Virus record (IMG/VR): IMGVR_UViG_3300048565_000112
Span: 1-46,479 of that record
Reading direction: 5' to 3' (one strand)
DNA from: a virus
Lineage: Duplodnaviria; Caudoviricetes
DNA length: 46,479 nt
Both the position numbers and the translations under genes were made by a program. The notes beneath the pieces were generated by a model. It saw nothing but the letters and a program-made list of their open reading frames with translations. It was not told the DNA's origin and made no database searches. Positions 9,889-19,308 of the stretch are shown one piece after another. How positions within the stretch are numbered: the first letter of the stretch is position 1; every line of letters begins with the position of its first letter.

Positions 9889-9915
9889 AAACACAAGTTT
9901 GTGAAGGAGTAACAA

Positions 9916-10119
9916 ATGCCGAAGAAATACAAGAACGTCCCTGTGGATATGGAGACCTACGAACGGCTGCAGGTGGTCTGCCAGCGCAACCAACGCAAGC
10001 AGGGCGCGCAGGTCAGGTTCTGGGTCGATACGGAATTGGGCAGGCTCGAACTGCTGCCCGTTCTGCCCAAGGGGGAAGTGAAAGCAAAGAATCCCAAACC
10101 CGTCAAAGTCGCTGCATAA
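9916..10119 (+). CDS. Small DNA-binding protein in Cro position (ribbon-helix-helix-like)
   Basis: 67 aa; KNVPVDMETYERLQVVC...QGAQVRFWVD fits a strand-helix-helix pattern; good RBS. Confidence 0.7.
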   Translation: MPKKYKNVPVDMETYERLQVVCQRNQRKQGAQVRFWVDTELGRLELLPVLPKGEVKAKNPKPVKVAA

Positions 10120-10129
10120 GGAAGTGTGC

Positions 10130-10465
10130 ATGAAAACCCTGATCGATCTACGAACCCTGGCCGAGGTTCAGGAGGCCGCTCCGCGCGTGACCAAGGTGTC
10201 GCTGGATATGGCCATGGTCGTGCTCCGCGCGATGGAGGCCTTCGCCGAGCAGAACCCCGCCCAGATCGATATCCGCGGCGCGCGCTACTGGCAGACCCGC
10301 TTCCAACATTTGCGCGACCTGACGGGCTTGTCCATCACCGAAGTGGCGGTGGGGCAGGCGCTGAAAGCGATGGGCTTCGAACGCTGGCGCAGGTTCGACG
10401 GCATGTACGTGGCCTGGAGCCAGGCCCAGATCGACATCCTCAAACGGCACCTGATGCTGGAATGA
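10130..10465 (+). CDS. hypothetical phage protein (possible wHTH)
   Basis: ORF following the Cro-like gene with AAGGAAG RBS; phage-like codon usage. Confidence 0.6.
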   Translation: MKTLIDLRTLAEVQEAAPRVTKVSLDMAMVVLRAMEAFAEQNPAQIDIRGARYWQTRFQHLRDLTGLSITEVAVGQALKAMGFERWRRFDGMYVAWSQAQIDILKRHLMLE

Positions 10466-10629
10466 ACGTCGAGCGCAACGGGTTCCCGTTCTGCCCCGGT
10501 GAAGGGACGGCTTCACGGGACTTCGCAGGTCCATTGCGCTCGAGGACGGGCGGCGCTGGGCAGGCGCCTGGTGCGCCCAAAGTATAGAACCCTTCCTTTC
10601 CCTTGTGTAGTTTTTCCGAAGGAACACGA

Positions 10630-11580
10630 ATGACCCCACAAACCGAACTCATCCCCTGGCGCGTCGCTCCCAGCCTGCACTGGACTGAAGATTTCGCCGC
10701 CTGGCTGCATGCGCACGACCGCAGGCCCAAGACCATCTCTGCCTATTTGCAGGACCTGCGCCACTTTGGGTGCTACTTCGAGCAGGTCAACGGCCTGGCC
10801 TTCACGCCCAGCCACCTCAACGCCATCGACGTTAAGGCCTACTTCGCCGCGCAGGACGCCGATAAACAGGTGGCCGCCACCTCCCGCAATCGGCGATTGG
10901 CCAGCCTGCGGGTGCTGGTGGGGTGGGCGGTGGAAGCGGACATGCTCGAATACGACCCGACCGTCAGCGTCAAGCGCCAGGAAGTCGAACTGGCCCCACG
11001 CGACCGCACCAACGCGGAAATGGCGCGCCTGGAGGAGGTCGTGCGCAATGGGCTGCACATCCGCTGCGCAGGCCACGGCCATGCCTGGCTGGCTGGCAGG
11101 GACCGCATCATGTGGGCGCTCTTCAAGAAAACAGGCCTGCGCATTCACGAGATTGCGGCGCTGCGCATCGATGACCTGGACTTCGATGCCAATGAGATCC
11201 ATGTGCTGGGCAAAGGCGGCAGGAAGGCCATGGTCACCATCAGTTCCGACTTGCGGGATCTGCTGGTGCATTGGGCGGCGCTGAACCCGTCGGCGGAGAC
11301 GCTGGTTTGCGGCTTGAATGGACGGGCGCTGACGACAGGTCAAATCCGTAGGCGCATCCAGATGATTGGCGAGGCGGCAGGCATCCACGATCTCAGGCCC
11401 CATGACCTGCGCCACACCTACGCATACCAATTCAAAGAACAACTGATGGACAGGGGATTGGATGAGAGCAAGGCCAAAGACGCGGTCCGCAGGCAATTAA
11501 GGCATAGCGACGAACGAACCACCCAATTATATTTCCGCGCGCGCCAGAGTGAGATCCGCGCCGCGGTGGAGGCGATGTAA
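10630..11580 (+). CDS. Tyrosine recombinase (XerC/Cre-like)
   Basis: N-terminal SAM-like domain (TISAYLQDL, TSRNRRLASLR); catalytic residues in GLRIHE, LGKGGRK, HDLRH, LRHS and TQLY. Confidence 0.92.
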   Translation: MTPQTELIPWRVAPSLHWTEDFAAWLHAHDRRPKTISAYLQDLRHFGCYFEQVNGLAFTPSHLNAIDVKAYFAAQDADKQVAATSRNRRLASLRVLVGWAVEADMLEYDPTVSVKRQEVELAPRDRTNAEMARLEEVVRNGLHIRCAGHGHAWLAGRDRIMWALFKKTGLRIHEIAALRIDDLDFDANEIHVLGKGGRKAMVTISSDLRDLLVHWAALNPSAETLVCGLNGRALTTGQIRRRIQMIGEAAGIHDLRPHDLRHTYAYQFKEQLMDRGLDESKAKDAVRRQLRHSDERTTQLYFRARQSEIRAAVEAM

Positions 11581-11582
11581 GC

Positions 11583-11957
11583 ATGGAAAAGACCCCGCAA
11601 GAAATCCAGGCATTGAAAGACAACTGGCTCGCCGATCCCATCTGGGATATCGAGCACACCGAGGGCTTCGAAGAGTACGCGCCCGAACTGAAGGCCTTCC
11701 GCGAAGAGTGGGAAATCAAATGGGCCGCAGACGAGGAGGAACGGATCAAGCTGACCTTCAAGTACCAGGCGCAGCAGATTCTCAACGCGCTCGACGGGCT
11801 TCCAGCCGGGGCGGACCCTGTGGCCAGGATCGCCAACCTGCAAGTGCGCGCCACCTTGCTGCTGGCCGAGCAGGTCCATCACGTGGCGGAGGGTCTCGAT
11901 GATCTGGTGTCCAACAATGAGCAGGAATTCGCGATGTTCCTGCATAACTTCAAGTGA
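11583..11957 (+). CDS. hypothetical phage protein
   Basis: 124 aa ORF coupled to the recombinase stop. Confidence 0.65.
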   Translation: MEKTPQEIQALKDNWLADPIWDIEHTEGFEEYAPELKAFREEWEIKWAADEEERIKLTFKYQAQQILNALDGLPAGADPVARIANLQVRATLLLAEQVHHVAEGLDDLVSNNEQEFAMFLHNFK

Positions 11958-11963
11958 TCGTGA

Positions 11964-12170
11964 ATGCCCCGCAAACTGCAGCTGGAGGTCAAGGTCGAGA
12001 TCCGCTGCCTGCCCATGCCTCCCGGACATGCAGCGGCCAGGCGCGCGGCTCTGCTGCTGCTTGCACGCTGGGTCCTGGAAGACCTGGCTTTGCACCCCGA
12101 GGAGAACGACCAAGAAGGACTTTTATTCGATGACCGCATATTACAGGAAGCAGTTTCTGAAAAAGCATGA
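11964..12170 (+). CDS. hypothetical phage protein
   Basis: 68 aa ORF in operon order. Confidence 0.5.
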   Translation: MPRKLQLEVKVEIRCLPMPPGHAAARRAALLLLARWVLEDLALHPEENDQEGLLFDDRILQEAVSEKA

Positions 12171-12236
12171 GATGCACAGCTTGTGCATTCTCATCGTAGT
12201 AGACGCCATCAAAGACTTGAACTGGGAGGAAGAAAC

Positions 12237-12476
12237 ATGCCTGGGAAACAGGGTGTGCAGGTGCGTAAGGTGCGCGCCGAGTTGGATGGCGTGACCCTGG
12301 CTCTGGTGGACTGGCAGGAGGCCGAATCGTTCGTGCGTTTGCGCATCGAGCAGGCCATCCGACGGGCAGGTTTGGGCGATCTGCTCGCCCCTGCATTGGA
12401 GGACCTGGACCGCATGGGCAAATCGGTCCAGGAAGCCAAGTCGCAGGTCAGCGCCGCGGTCAGGCGGTTGGAGTGA
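12237..12476 (+). CDS. hypothetical phage protein
   Basis: GGAGG RBS before ATG 12237. Confidence 0.55.
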   Translation: MPGKQGVQVRKVRAELDGVTLALVDWQEAESFVRLRIEQAIRRAGLGDLLAPALEDLDRMGKSVQEAKSQVSAAVRRLE

Positions 12477-12588
12477 GCGCGCGCATGGTGTTCAAGGCAG
12501 TAGCAGACAGAATCGCGAAGTTCCCGTTTTGGGTGCGGTGCGCGGCGCGGCTGCGCTCCCCCCAAAAAACGGGCTCGCGGGGCGGGAA

Positions 12589-12623
12589 TTCGTGCCACAT
12601 AACATGGAGTTATGTTGCACGAA
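12589..12623. other. dif/loxP-like palindromic recombination site candidate
   Basis: TTCGTGCCACATAAC-ATGGA-GTTATGTTGCACGAA: 15-bp inverted arms with one mismatch and a CATAA...TTATG core as in Xer dif sites; about 1 kb downstream of the tyrosine recombinase. Confidence 0.6.
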
Positions 12624-12756
12624 CGGGGCCAGGGGGGAGGGGTGAATTCCCAGCGGCCTCGGGCCAGGCCTATGTCTTGCCGCCTCGAAAATTTTTAGCA
12701 GGTTTGTAGAAACGGCCTGTACGCAGGCCGCGAATTCAAAGTTCGGACGGGAACGA

Positions 12757-15700
12757 ATGACAATTATTGACGACATCAAAGCGCGAGTCGATCTTGTGGA
12801 TCTGATCCAGCAGGACGCTGGGGTGAAGCTGCGCCGCTCGGGCAAGAACTGGACGGGCTTTTGTCCCTTCCACACCAACACGCACACCCCCGCGTTGATC
12901 GTTTTTCCAGACACGGGCACCTGGCACTGCTTCGGTGTCTGCAACGAAGGCGGCACGGTCATCGATTGGGTGCTGAAAAAGAACCCTTCCTTCGATATGA
13001 AGGAAGCCATCGAGAACCTGGCCGAAAGGGCAAACATCCCGCTCAACGGCCAGTTGGACCGGCCCGACCTCAAGCAGCGCCTGGCCCTGCACGCGCGCGA
13101 AACCGTGCTGCAGATCGCGGCCAGGCTGTTCGCCAAATGGCTGAAGGAGGATCCCGAGGCTCTGGCCTACGCTCATTCCCGCGGCTGGAGCGATGAGACC
13201 ATCGCGGCCTCGCGCCTCGGTTTCAGCGGGCGGGCTGCTGCTGCTCAGGTGGCTGAGATGAAGGGCGAATTCGACCTGCACGGCATTCCGCACGACTCGC
13301 CCGACGCGGCCCTGATCCTGGGCTACAGGGGCGACGTGGCGGCCTGGGCGCAAAAGCACGGCCTGGAACCGCGCGGCTTCAAGGAACGCAGCGTCCACGG
13401 CATGATGGGCGCGCCAGGCCTGGTGTACGCGCACAAACTCAACGGGCGCATCGTATACCTCTCGCGCAGGCAGCTGCCCGGGCATGACGTAGTCCATCGC
13501 GACGGCCAGGCCAGCGAGTGGAAATCCTTCAACCCCTACGAGCAACTGGCAGGCGAGAAGGTGCCGTTTTTCAATCACATGCACCTGCGCGACCGCTCAC
13601 GAATCGTGATCGTGGAAGGCCAGGGGGATGCCATCACACTCGGCCAGTGGGGCATCCCCGCCATGGCCTTGTGCGGATCCGCATGGAAGAACCTGGACGA
13701 ATACATCGAGATGCTGACCGCCAAAGGCAAGTACGAGACCATCTACTTTGCCACCGATGCAGACACCCCAGGCGAGGCGGTGGTGACGGGCTCGGGTCGG
13801 GATGAAGGCAAATTTCCGCTGACTGCTGCTTTCGGGCCCATGCTCTGGGTGGCGCGCTGGCCCAAGTTCAAGTGGACGCGGCCCGATGGCAAGGAGAAAG
13901 TCTCGAAAGACCCCAACGACCTGGCCATGTACCACCTCAACCAAAAAGTCGACCCGCAATTGCAGAAGGCCAACGTCCAGGCGGTCTTCGACCAGGCCGC
14001 GCCCATCGTGCTGCTGGCTGCCCAGTATGCGGGCCGCAAACAGGGTGCGGAGCGCGAGAAGGTGCTGGAGATCGTCCTGCCGCTGATCGCCAGGATGCCC
14101 ACCAACACCCGAAATGACTGGCGCTTGAAGCTGGCCAAGGCCATCTACCCCGAGGACCTGTTCCCCGAGTACAAGGGCGCGCCGCTGCGCCCGTTCGAGA
14201 AGCTGATCGGCGCGGAGCTCAAGGCCAGGGATGACGATGACAAGCCCGTCGAGGTCGAGGAGACGATGGGCGGATGGTACGCGGTGAACGAAGACGGGTC
14301 CGAGGGCTATCTGCTGGAGATGTGCTACGACAAACGCAATGGCAAGGCCAAGTTCGCCTACGCCCACATCTGGCTCAAGCAACGGGAAGGCTCGGTGACC
14401 CTGACCTCGGACCGCGAGATCGGCACCGCCAACTTCCTGGACCTCAACGGCAAGCGCCTCACGCCCATGATTGATGACAACGTCCGCTATGGCACGGTGC
14501 GCCTGCCCAGCGACCTGGGCGCGAAGAAACCCATCCGCCAACTGCTGGCCGAGATCCGCCTCTTCATCACGCGCTACTTCCTGCTGGACGTGGACATCCA
14601 CATCATCCAATCCTCCCTGTATGCGCTCTTCACCTGGGTCTACGACTGTTTTCCCTACCTGCCATACCTGCGGGCGCGCGGGGCCCCGGGCGCGGGCAAG
14701 TCGGAGCTGATGCTGCTGGTGGGCAAGATCTGCTACCGCATGATGACCACCGCAGGCCTGACCAGCATCGCGGGCTTCAAGGGCATGGCCCACATCTACA
14801 AGGGCACGCTCTTCATCGATGAGGTCGACTCGTTGGGCACCAGCAGCAAGGAAGACCGCGGCGAACTGCGCGCGCTGCTCAACGTGCGGGCCATGCGCGA
14901 ACAGGCGCGCATCGTGACCATGATGGACGTGCTGAAACCTGACGGCACGCACACCTTCCGCCCGACCACCACCTTCGTCTTTGGCCCGACCCTGCTGACG
15001 ATGTACGGCGCTTTCAAGGATCCCGCCACCGAGAGCCGCTGCCTGAGCTTTGATTTATACAAACGCGACGTGCGCGACCTGCTCAATCACCAGCCTCCCA
15101 TCGAACCAGGGGTGATCCCGCCCGAACAGGAGATCGAGGCCCTGGCCCTGGCCAACGACCTGTTGTACTTCCGCCTGATGACCTGGATGCCGCGCATCGA
15201 AGTGGATGCCAGGGTAAGGCTGACCGACGTGCGCGTGAGCGCGCGCATGAACCAGGTCATGCGTCCGCTCAAGGTGCTGGCCTACCTGCAGGAAGACAAG
15301 GAACTGATGGACGACCTGGACATGGTGGCCGAGATCAACTTCGAAGAGGAGATGAATCGCACCAAGGCCAGTTTCGAGGCGCACATCTTCCGCACCATCG
15401 TGGAACTGGACGAGGATCCCGACTTCGTCCGATACGTGCAGACGGGAAAGCTCGGCAAGTATGGAGTGGTGCGCTACGTGCTGGCCAAGGATGTGGCCCT
15501 GCTGGTGAACGAGCGCATGGATGCCGAGAACTACTCGGACCCGAGCGCCAAGAAGGATAAGGAAGGCGTGACCTCCCAGACGGTGACCGGCCTATGCCGC
15601 GACATGTTCCGCCTGCCCGTGGAGCGCGCGGGCTCGCGCGGCGGCGGCAATGCCATCGCCCTGGACAAGGAGAAGATTGCCGCGGGCAAGTTCCGCTTTG

Positions 15701-15759
15701 GAATGACCGCCACCGAGGAAAAGGCCCCCGAGCCGGAACAACTGGAGATGAACCCATGA
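12757..15759 (+). CDS. Primase-helicase fusion (CHC2 Zn finger, TOPRIM, P-loop NTPase)
   Basis: CPFH...CFGVC; IVEGQGDAI...ATDAD; RGAPGAGKS; FIDEVD; 1000 aa. Confidence 0.9.
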   Translation: MTIIDDIKARVDLVDLIQQDAGVKLRRSGKNWTGFCPFHTNTHTPALIVFPDTGTWHCFGVCNEGGTVIDWVLKKNPSFDMKEAIENLAERANIPLNGQLDRPDLKQRLALHARETVLQIAARLFAKWLKEDPEALAYAHSRGWSDETIAASRLGFSGRAAAAQVAEMKGEFDLHGIPHDSPDAALILGYRGDVAAWAQKHGLEPRGFKERSVHGMMGAPGLVYAHKLNGRIVYLSRRQLPGHDVVHRDGQASEWKSFNPYEQLAGEKVPFFNHMHLRDRSRIVIVEGQGDAITLGQWGIPAMALCGSAWKNLDEYIEMLTAKGKYETIYFATDADTPGEAVVTGSGRDEGKFPLTAAFGPMLWVARWPKFKWTRPDGKEKVSKDPNDLAMYHLNQKVDPQLQKANVQAVFDQAAPIVLLAAQYAGRKQGAEREKVLEIVLPLIARMPTNTRNDWRLKLAKAIYPEDLFPEYKGAPLRPFEKLIGAELKARDDDDKPVEVEETMGGWYAVNEDGSEGYLLEMCYDKRNGKAKFAYAHIWLKQREGSVTLTSDREIGTANFLDLNGKRLTPMIDDNVRYGTVRLPSDLGAKKPIRQLLAEIRLFITRYFLLDVDIHIIQSSLYALFTWVYDCFPYLPYLRARGAPGAGKSELMLLVGKICYRMMTTAGLTSIAGFKGMAHIYKGTLFIDEVDSLGTSSKEDRGELRALLNVRAMREQARIVTMMDVLKPDGTHTFRPTTTFVFGPTLLTMYGAFKDPATESRCLSFDLYKRDVRDLLNHQPPIEPGVIPPEQEIEALALANDLLYFRLMTWMPRIEVDARVRLTDVRVSARMNQVMRPLKVLAYLQEDKELMDDLDMVAEINFEEEMNRTKASFEAHIFRTIVELDEDPDFVRYVQTGKLGKYGVVRYVLAKDVALLVNERMDAENYSDPSAKKDKEGVTSQTVTGLCRDMFRLPVERAGSRGGGNAIALDKEKIAAGKFRFGMTATEEKAPEPEQLEMNP

Positions 15760-16058
15760 AACATGAAGGCATGAAGCGTATGAAGGCGATCTGGCGCGGT
15801 ACGGCAAAACTTTGTTTTGTACGGTCCGGGCTCTACAAAACAAATTTTACAGGGGCCTATTTCCCGAAATCGCTTCATAAAATCTCATAACCTTCATGAC
15901 GTCTCCAGTTGTCTGACAGGCAGAGTTCAAAATATGAAGGTTATGAAGATTTATGAAACCAGGTCATTTAAAGGATTTTATTTGCCCTGTATGGAAAGAG
16001 GGGCTCGCGCCCCGAAAAACATGAAGAGGTCATGAAGGAATATGAAGGCGGCTTCATG
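15748..16058. repeat. Clusters of ATGAA(G) iterons in direct and inverted orientation, putative replication origin
   Basis: ATGAA at 15748, 15756, 15763, 15771 and 15780; inverted copies at 15874-15897; direct copies at 15934, 15943, 15953, 16021, 16032 and 16042; directly after the primase-helicase. Confidence 0.7.
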
Positions 16059-16081
16059 GCCGAGCCTGGAAAGGTGAAGAG

Positions 16082-16423
16082 ATGGTTGACTTAATTGGCT
16101 GTTTGCTCGCTGCGGGCCTGCTGGTCTGGGCGGCGGTGGAGATCGGTGGGCTGGGGCGGAGCAGGGGAAAGACCCCGCGGACCGCGCCACAAGCCAGGAC
16201 GGAGGCTCCCAGGAGTCCCGAGAACTTGGCTTTCGAAGAGCATCAAGACTGGCTCGCCCGTCACGGTGTGAAGGCTGATCGGGCGCGCGAAGGCCAGCAC
16301 ACAATCTGGTGGGACGCCTGCGACCAGGCTCATGAAGGCGTGGAGTATATCAGCGACACGCTCGGAACCATTACCCGTGAGCACGCAGCGGACCCCGAGA
16401 CGGGCAAGTATCACTGGGTATAG
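16082..16423 (+). CDS. hypothetical protein with N-terminal TM
   Basis: Hydrophobic N-terminus; operon position. Confidence 0.55.
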   Translation: MVDLIGCLLAAGLLVWAAVEIGGLGRSRGKTPRTAPQARTEAPRSPENLAFEEHQDWLARHGVKADRAREGQHTIWWDACDQAHEGVEYISDTLGTITREHAADPETGKYHWV

Positions 16424-16432
16424 GAGGAAGAC

Positions 16433-17170
16433 ATGAACAACCTGCGTCCGATTTGGCTCGGTGTGCTGGCTGTGGTGCTGCTGGTGTCAGCCTGGAGCGT
16501 GCAGACCTTCCTGGCCGTGACTTATCCAGGCCTGGATCCGCTGGTCTATTGCCTGTATGGCGTGGCGGTCCCCGTGCTTCTGGGCATGCTCCTGGATGGC
16601 TGGCTGCAAGTCCGCGAGCGCGCCACCGACATCTTCCAGGCGCGCCAGCGGGCGCTGGCCATCACCTCCATGGGCCAACTGCTGGAAGCTGCCAAGGGGG
16701 TGCATCCCGAGGTGCTCAACCAGTTGTTCCGCGACCGCGCGCGCCGCTGGGGACTGGTGAGCGGCACGAAGAGTCGCGACAAGAGCCCGTACTCGGTCCT
16801 GATCGCCCGTCCCCAGGTCACCGATCGCTTCCTGGCGCACGTGCTGAAGGTGAGCAACGAGACCACCATCATGTCCAAGCGCATGCTGAGCGATGGAGAC
16901 AAGCGCTTCGACCCGCAGGGCATAGTCACCGCCTACGAGATGTACGACGCCCTGCACAGCCTGCTGGAAGCGGAAATGAAGCTCACGCGTCCCTACGGCC
17001 CGAACAAGCCTGGCTACTGGCTGAACGACTGGACCCCAGAGAGCGTGGCGGCAGACTTCGGCCTCAACCTGGACGACTACGAGTACGGCGTGACGGTGTC
17101 TGACCTGGGTCAAACACCCGAGAATGTTCAAGCTGCGCTGCGGGACCTAACCCCGCTGGCGAATCAATAA
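16433..17170 (+). CDS. hypothetical membrane-anchored protein (2 N-terminal TM)
   Basis: AGGAGG RBS; two hydrophobic segments followed by a soluble domain. Confidence 0.7.
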   Translation: MNNLRPIWLGVLAVVLLVSAWSVQTFLAVTYPGLDPLVYCLYGVAVPVLLGMLLDGWLQVRERATDIFQARQRALAITSMGQLLEAAKGVHPEVLNQLFRDRARRWGLVSGTKSRDKSPYSVLIARPQVTDRFLAHVLKVSNETTIMSKRMLSDGDKRFDPQGIVTAYEMYDALHSLLEAEMKLTRPYGPNKPGYWLNDWTPESVAADFGLNLDDYEYGVTVSDLGQTPENVQAALRDLTPLANQ

Positions 17171-17188
17171 TTCAAAGGAGTGTATGCA

Positions 17189-18169
17189 ATGTCAATCAAG
17201 ATCGGTCTGGACCTGGGACAAAGTGCGGTGAAGATGGTGGGATCGAAGGGAAGCGTGATCTTCCCCAGCCTGGCTGCCCTGAGGGGAACATCCAACGTGG
17301 TGAGCCTGACCAGTAGGCGCAAGAAGAATGCCCCCATGCTGGTGGACGACCTGTACGTGGGTCACAACGCCCACCGCGACGGCATCCCGCTCGAGAACTT
17401 CTCCTTCGACCGTCTGGCCGGTGTCACGCCTGAAATGCGCGCCATCCTGCACGGCACGCTGACCGAATACCAGCACAAATTTGGTCCCTTCGGAGAGGAT
17501 GTGCAGATGGTGGTGGGGCTGCCTATGCAGATGCTGTTCGGCGATGAGAAGGTGGTGGAGAAGTACAAGAGCGGCGTCAAGCACTGGATCGGTGGAAATC
17601 ACCAGTGGACCGCGGATGGCGAACCCTTCACCCTGGATGTGACCCGTGTCGACCTGGCCCCGCAGGCGCTGGGAGCGCTCTTCGACTATGGCCTCTCGAT
17701 GGAGGGTCTCCCCAACGGCAGGGAAGGCGGAGAAGCCATGAAGCGTGAGTGCGCCATGATCTCCATCGGCTCGAACACGGTGGAACTGCAGGTCACCAAA
17801 CGCAATGATGACACCTTCCGCTTCAATGGCGGCAAACCCATCGGCGTGCGCTGGCTGCACAACCAGGTCGATCCCAATACCATGTGGACCTTCGGCGAGT
17901 TCGATCAGTTGTTGCGGGCAGGTGAGTTGCCCGAGGAGATCGAGATTGAATCCTTCCTGGGAGCCTGGGCGACACAGGTGTTGGACTTCGTCAACAAGAA
18001 ATGGAATGACGCCTTCCCCCGCTTCCACAGGATCTTCGTGGTGGGCGGTGGCTCGCTCCTCCTCAGACCGTATCTGGAAGCCAAGTTCAACAGCAAGGCG
18101 GTCTTCTTCGATGACCCGATCCTGCCGATCAGCCGCGGGCTGTACAAAAGCGCCCTGCGTGTGCGATAG
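17189..18169 (+). CDS. parM: ParM/StbA-family actin-like ATPase
   Basis: IGLDLGQSAVK (phosphate 1), VVGLP, PQALGA, ISIGSNT (phosphate 2 variant), VVGGGSLL (adenosine motif). Confidence 0.85.
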   Translation: MSIKIGLDLGQSAVKMVGSKGSVIFPSLAALRGTSNVVSLTSRRKKNAPMLVDDLYVGHNAHRDGIPLENFSFDRLAGVTPEMRAILHGTLTEYQHKFGPFGEDVQMVVGLPMQMLFGDEKVVEKYKSGVKHWIGGNHQWTADGEPFTLDVTRVDLAPQALGALFDYGLSMEGLPNGREGGEAMKRECAMISIGSNTVELQVTKRNDDTFRFNGGKPIGVRWLHNQVDPNTMWTFGEFDQLLRAGELPEEIEIESFLGAWATQVLDFVNKKWNDAFPRFHRIFVVGGGSLLLRPYLEAKFNSKAVFFDDPILPISRGLYKSALRVR

Positions 18170-18176
18170 AACCCAA

Positions 18177-18214
18177 TCTCCCTCCAGATTGAATAAAAAA
18201 GATCTGGAGGGAGA
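18177..18214 (+). other. 13-bp-arm inverted repeat between parM and the parR-like gene
   Basis: TCTCCCTCCAGAT ... ATCTGGAGGGAGA. Confidence 0.6.
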
Positions 18215-18226
18215 CGAAAGGACAAT

Positions 18227-18502
18227 ATGGCAAGAAGAAAACACGAAATCCCCAGTGAACGCGTGCGGCTGGATGGCTTTCAGCGCATGCCCATCGCGGA
18301 TCCCAGGGTACAGAAAGCCTTCGACTGGTACCTGGAGCAGAAACGCCTCAGGCGTGCCTTCCCGATGGCCTGGGCGCTGATCATCAAGGCCCTGAACGGG
18401 GAACTTGGAAGTGAGATCCAGCAGGCGGTGGAAGCGGGCGCGCAGGACACCCAGGAGGCGCTCGAGGCGTTGGACGACTTGATGGGAACCTACTTTTCAT
18501 AA
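18227..18502 (+). CDS. ParR-like adaptor / small DNA-binding protein
   Basis: 91 aa with a basic N-terminus and acidic C-terminal helix (EALEALDDLMG), directly after ParM; the call is positional. Confidence 0.55.
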   Translation: MARRKHEIPSERVRLDGFQRMPIADPRVQKAFDWYLEQKRLRRAFPMAWALIIKALNGELGSEIQQAVEAGAQDTQEALEALDDLMGTYFS

Positions 18503-18645
18503 CCGTCAAGAATTCGGCCCGATTTTTAACCGTCATCAATTCAGCGTGCGCTCGGACAGAGCACCGCACGGGCGAGAGGACAGTAGTAGGGGAGGGCGGA
18601 GCAAAAAGGAGGAGGTGATGTTGAACATGGTTAGTAGTATGCAGG

Positions 18646-18984
18646 ATGAGTGTCATGAATGATGTGATCGAGGCGCGGCCTGGCCAACTGTACATTATTG
18701 AAGAGATCCGTAACGAGCGGATCAGCCAGGCCGTGAGCCGCGCAGTGCGGGCCTACCTGGGCCAGTTTGGGGTGGGCCCGCAGTACGTCTTCCTGCGCGG
18801 CCTGCCGAACGGTGTGGTGCTGGGCTACGTAATCCGCCACCTGGGCTGGGAGATCCTCCTGCTTCAAGCGGACTGGGTGCCCGATGGACGGGTGGCCGTG
18901 GGCGAACCTGGCACGCAGATCGGAACCCCATCGGAGCGCTTCGAGGCAGAAGAACTGCCTGCTCCGATGGTCTTACGGGTATGA
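18646..18984 (+). CDS. hypothetical phage protein
   Basis: 112 aa ORF with phage-like codon usage. Confidence 0.6.
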   Translation: MSVMNDVIEARPGQLYIIEEIRNERISQAVSRAVRAYLGQFGVGPQYVFLRGLPNGVVLGYVIRHLGWEILLLQADWVPDGRVAVGEPGTQIGTPSERFEAEELPAPMVLRV

Positions 18985-18996
18985 AAGGAGACTTTA

Positions 18997-19290
18997 ATGG
19001 ACGGGAAGCTGGGTAGCTTGAAACCGTGGACATGCAAAAATGGCCACGTGCTGGGCATGGTTCGCAGGGATCGTGAGAAGAGCAGGGAAGGCCGAGAGTT
19101 CTGGGTCTCGCGGCTGATGCTCTTCCGCCAGGCGCAAAGCCATCTCCAGAAGGACATAGATGTGATCGCGGTGATCGAGGGCACCACGCTGGACGTGCGC
19201 TGCTCGATGCCTGACTGCGGATGCGTCCGCACCTGGTGGATGGGGGAGGATGCGCTGGAGCGGGTATTGCAGCGGACAAATATGGTGTGA
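18997..19290 (+). CDS. small Zn-binding protein
   Basis: AAGGAG RBS; CKNGH...CSMPDC motifs. Confidence 0.65.
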   Translation: MDGKLGSLKPWTCKNGHVLGMVRRDREKSREGREFWVSRLMLFRQAQSHLQKDIDVIAVIEGTTLDVRCSMPDCGCVRTWWMGEDALERVLQRTNMV

Positions 19291-19308
19291 TTTGTTAAAA
19301 CCCTGGGG

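Noticed and set aside
10630-11580. Integron integrase (IntI) or the prophage integrase
   Set aside because: No IntI-specific insertion is apparent in the catalytic domain and no att boundary is adjacent; a resolvase role fits better.
12473-12709. 78-aa ORF before the primase
   Set aside because: Atypical composition and it spans the dif-like palindrome; probably non-coding.
15748-16058. CRISPR array or small ORFs (MKHEGMKRMK...)
   Set aside because: The repeats are only 5-7 bp with no unique spacers; the ORFs are by-products of ATGAAG repeats.
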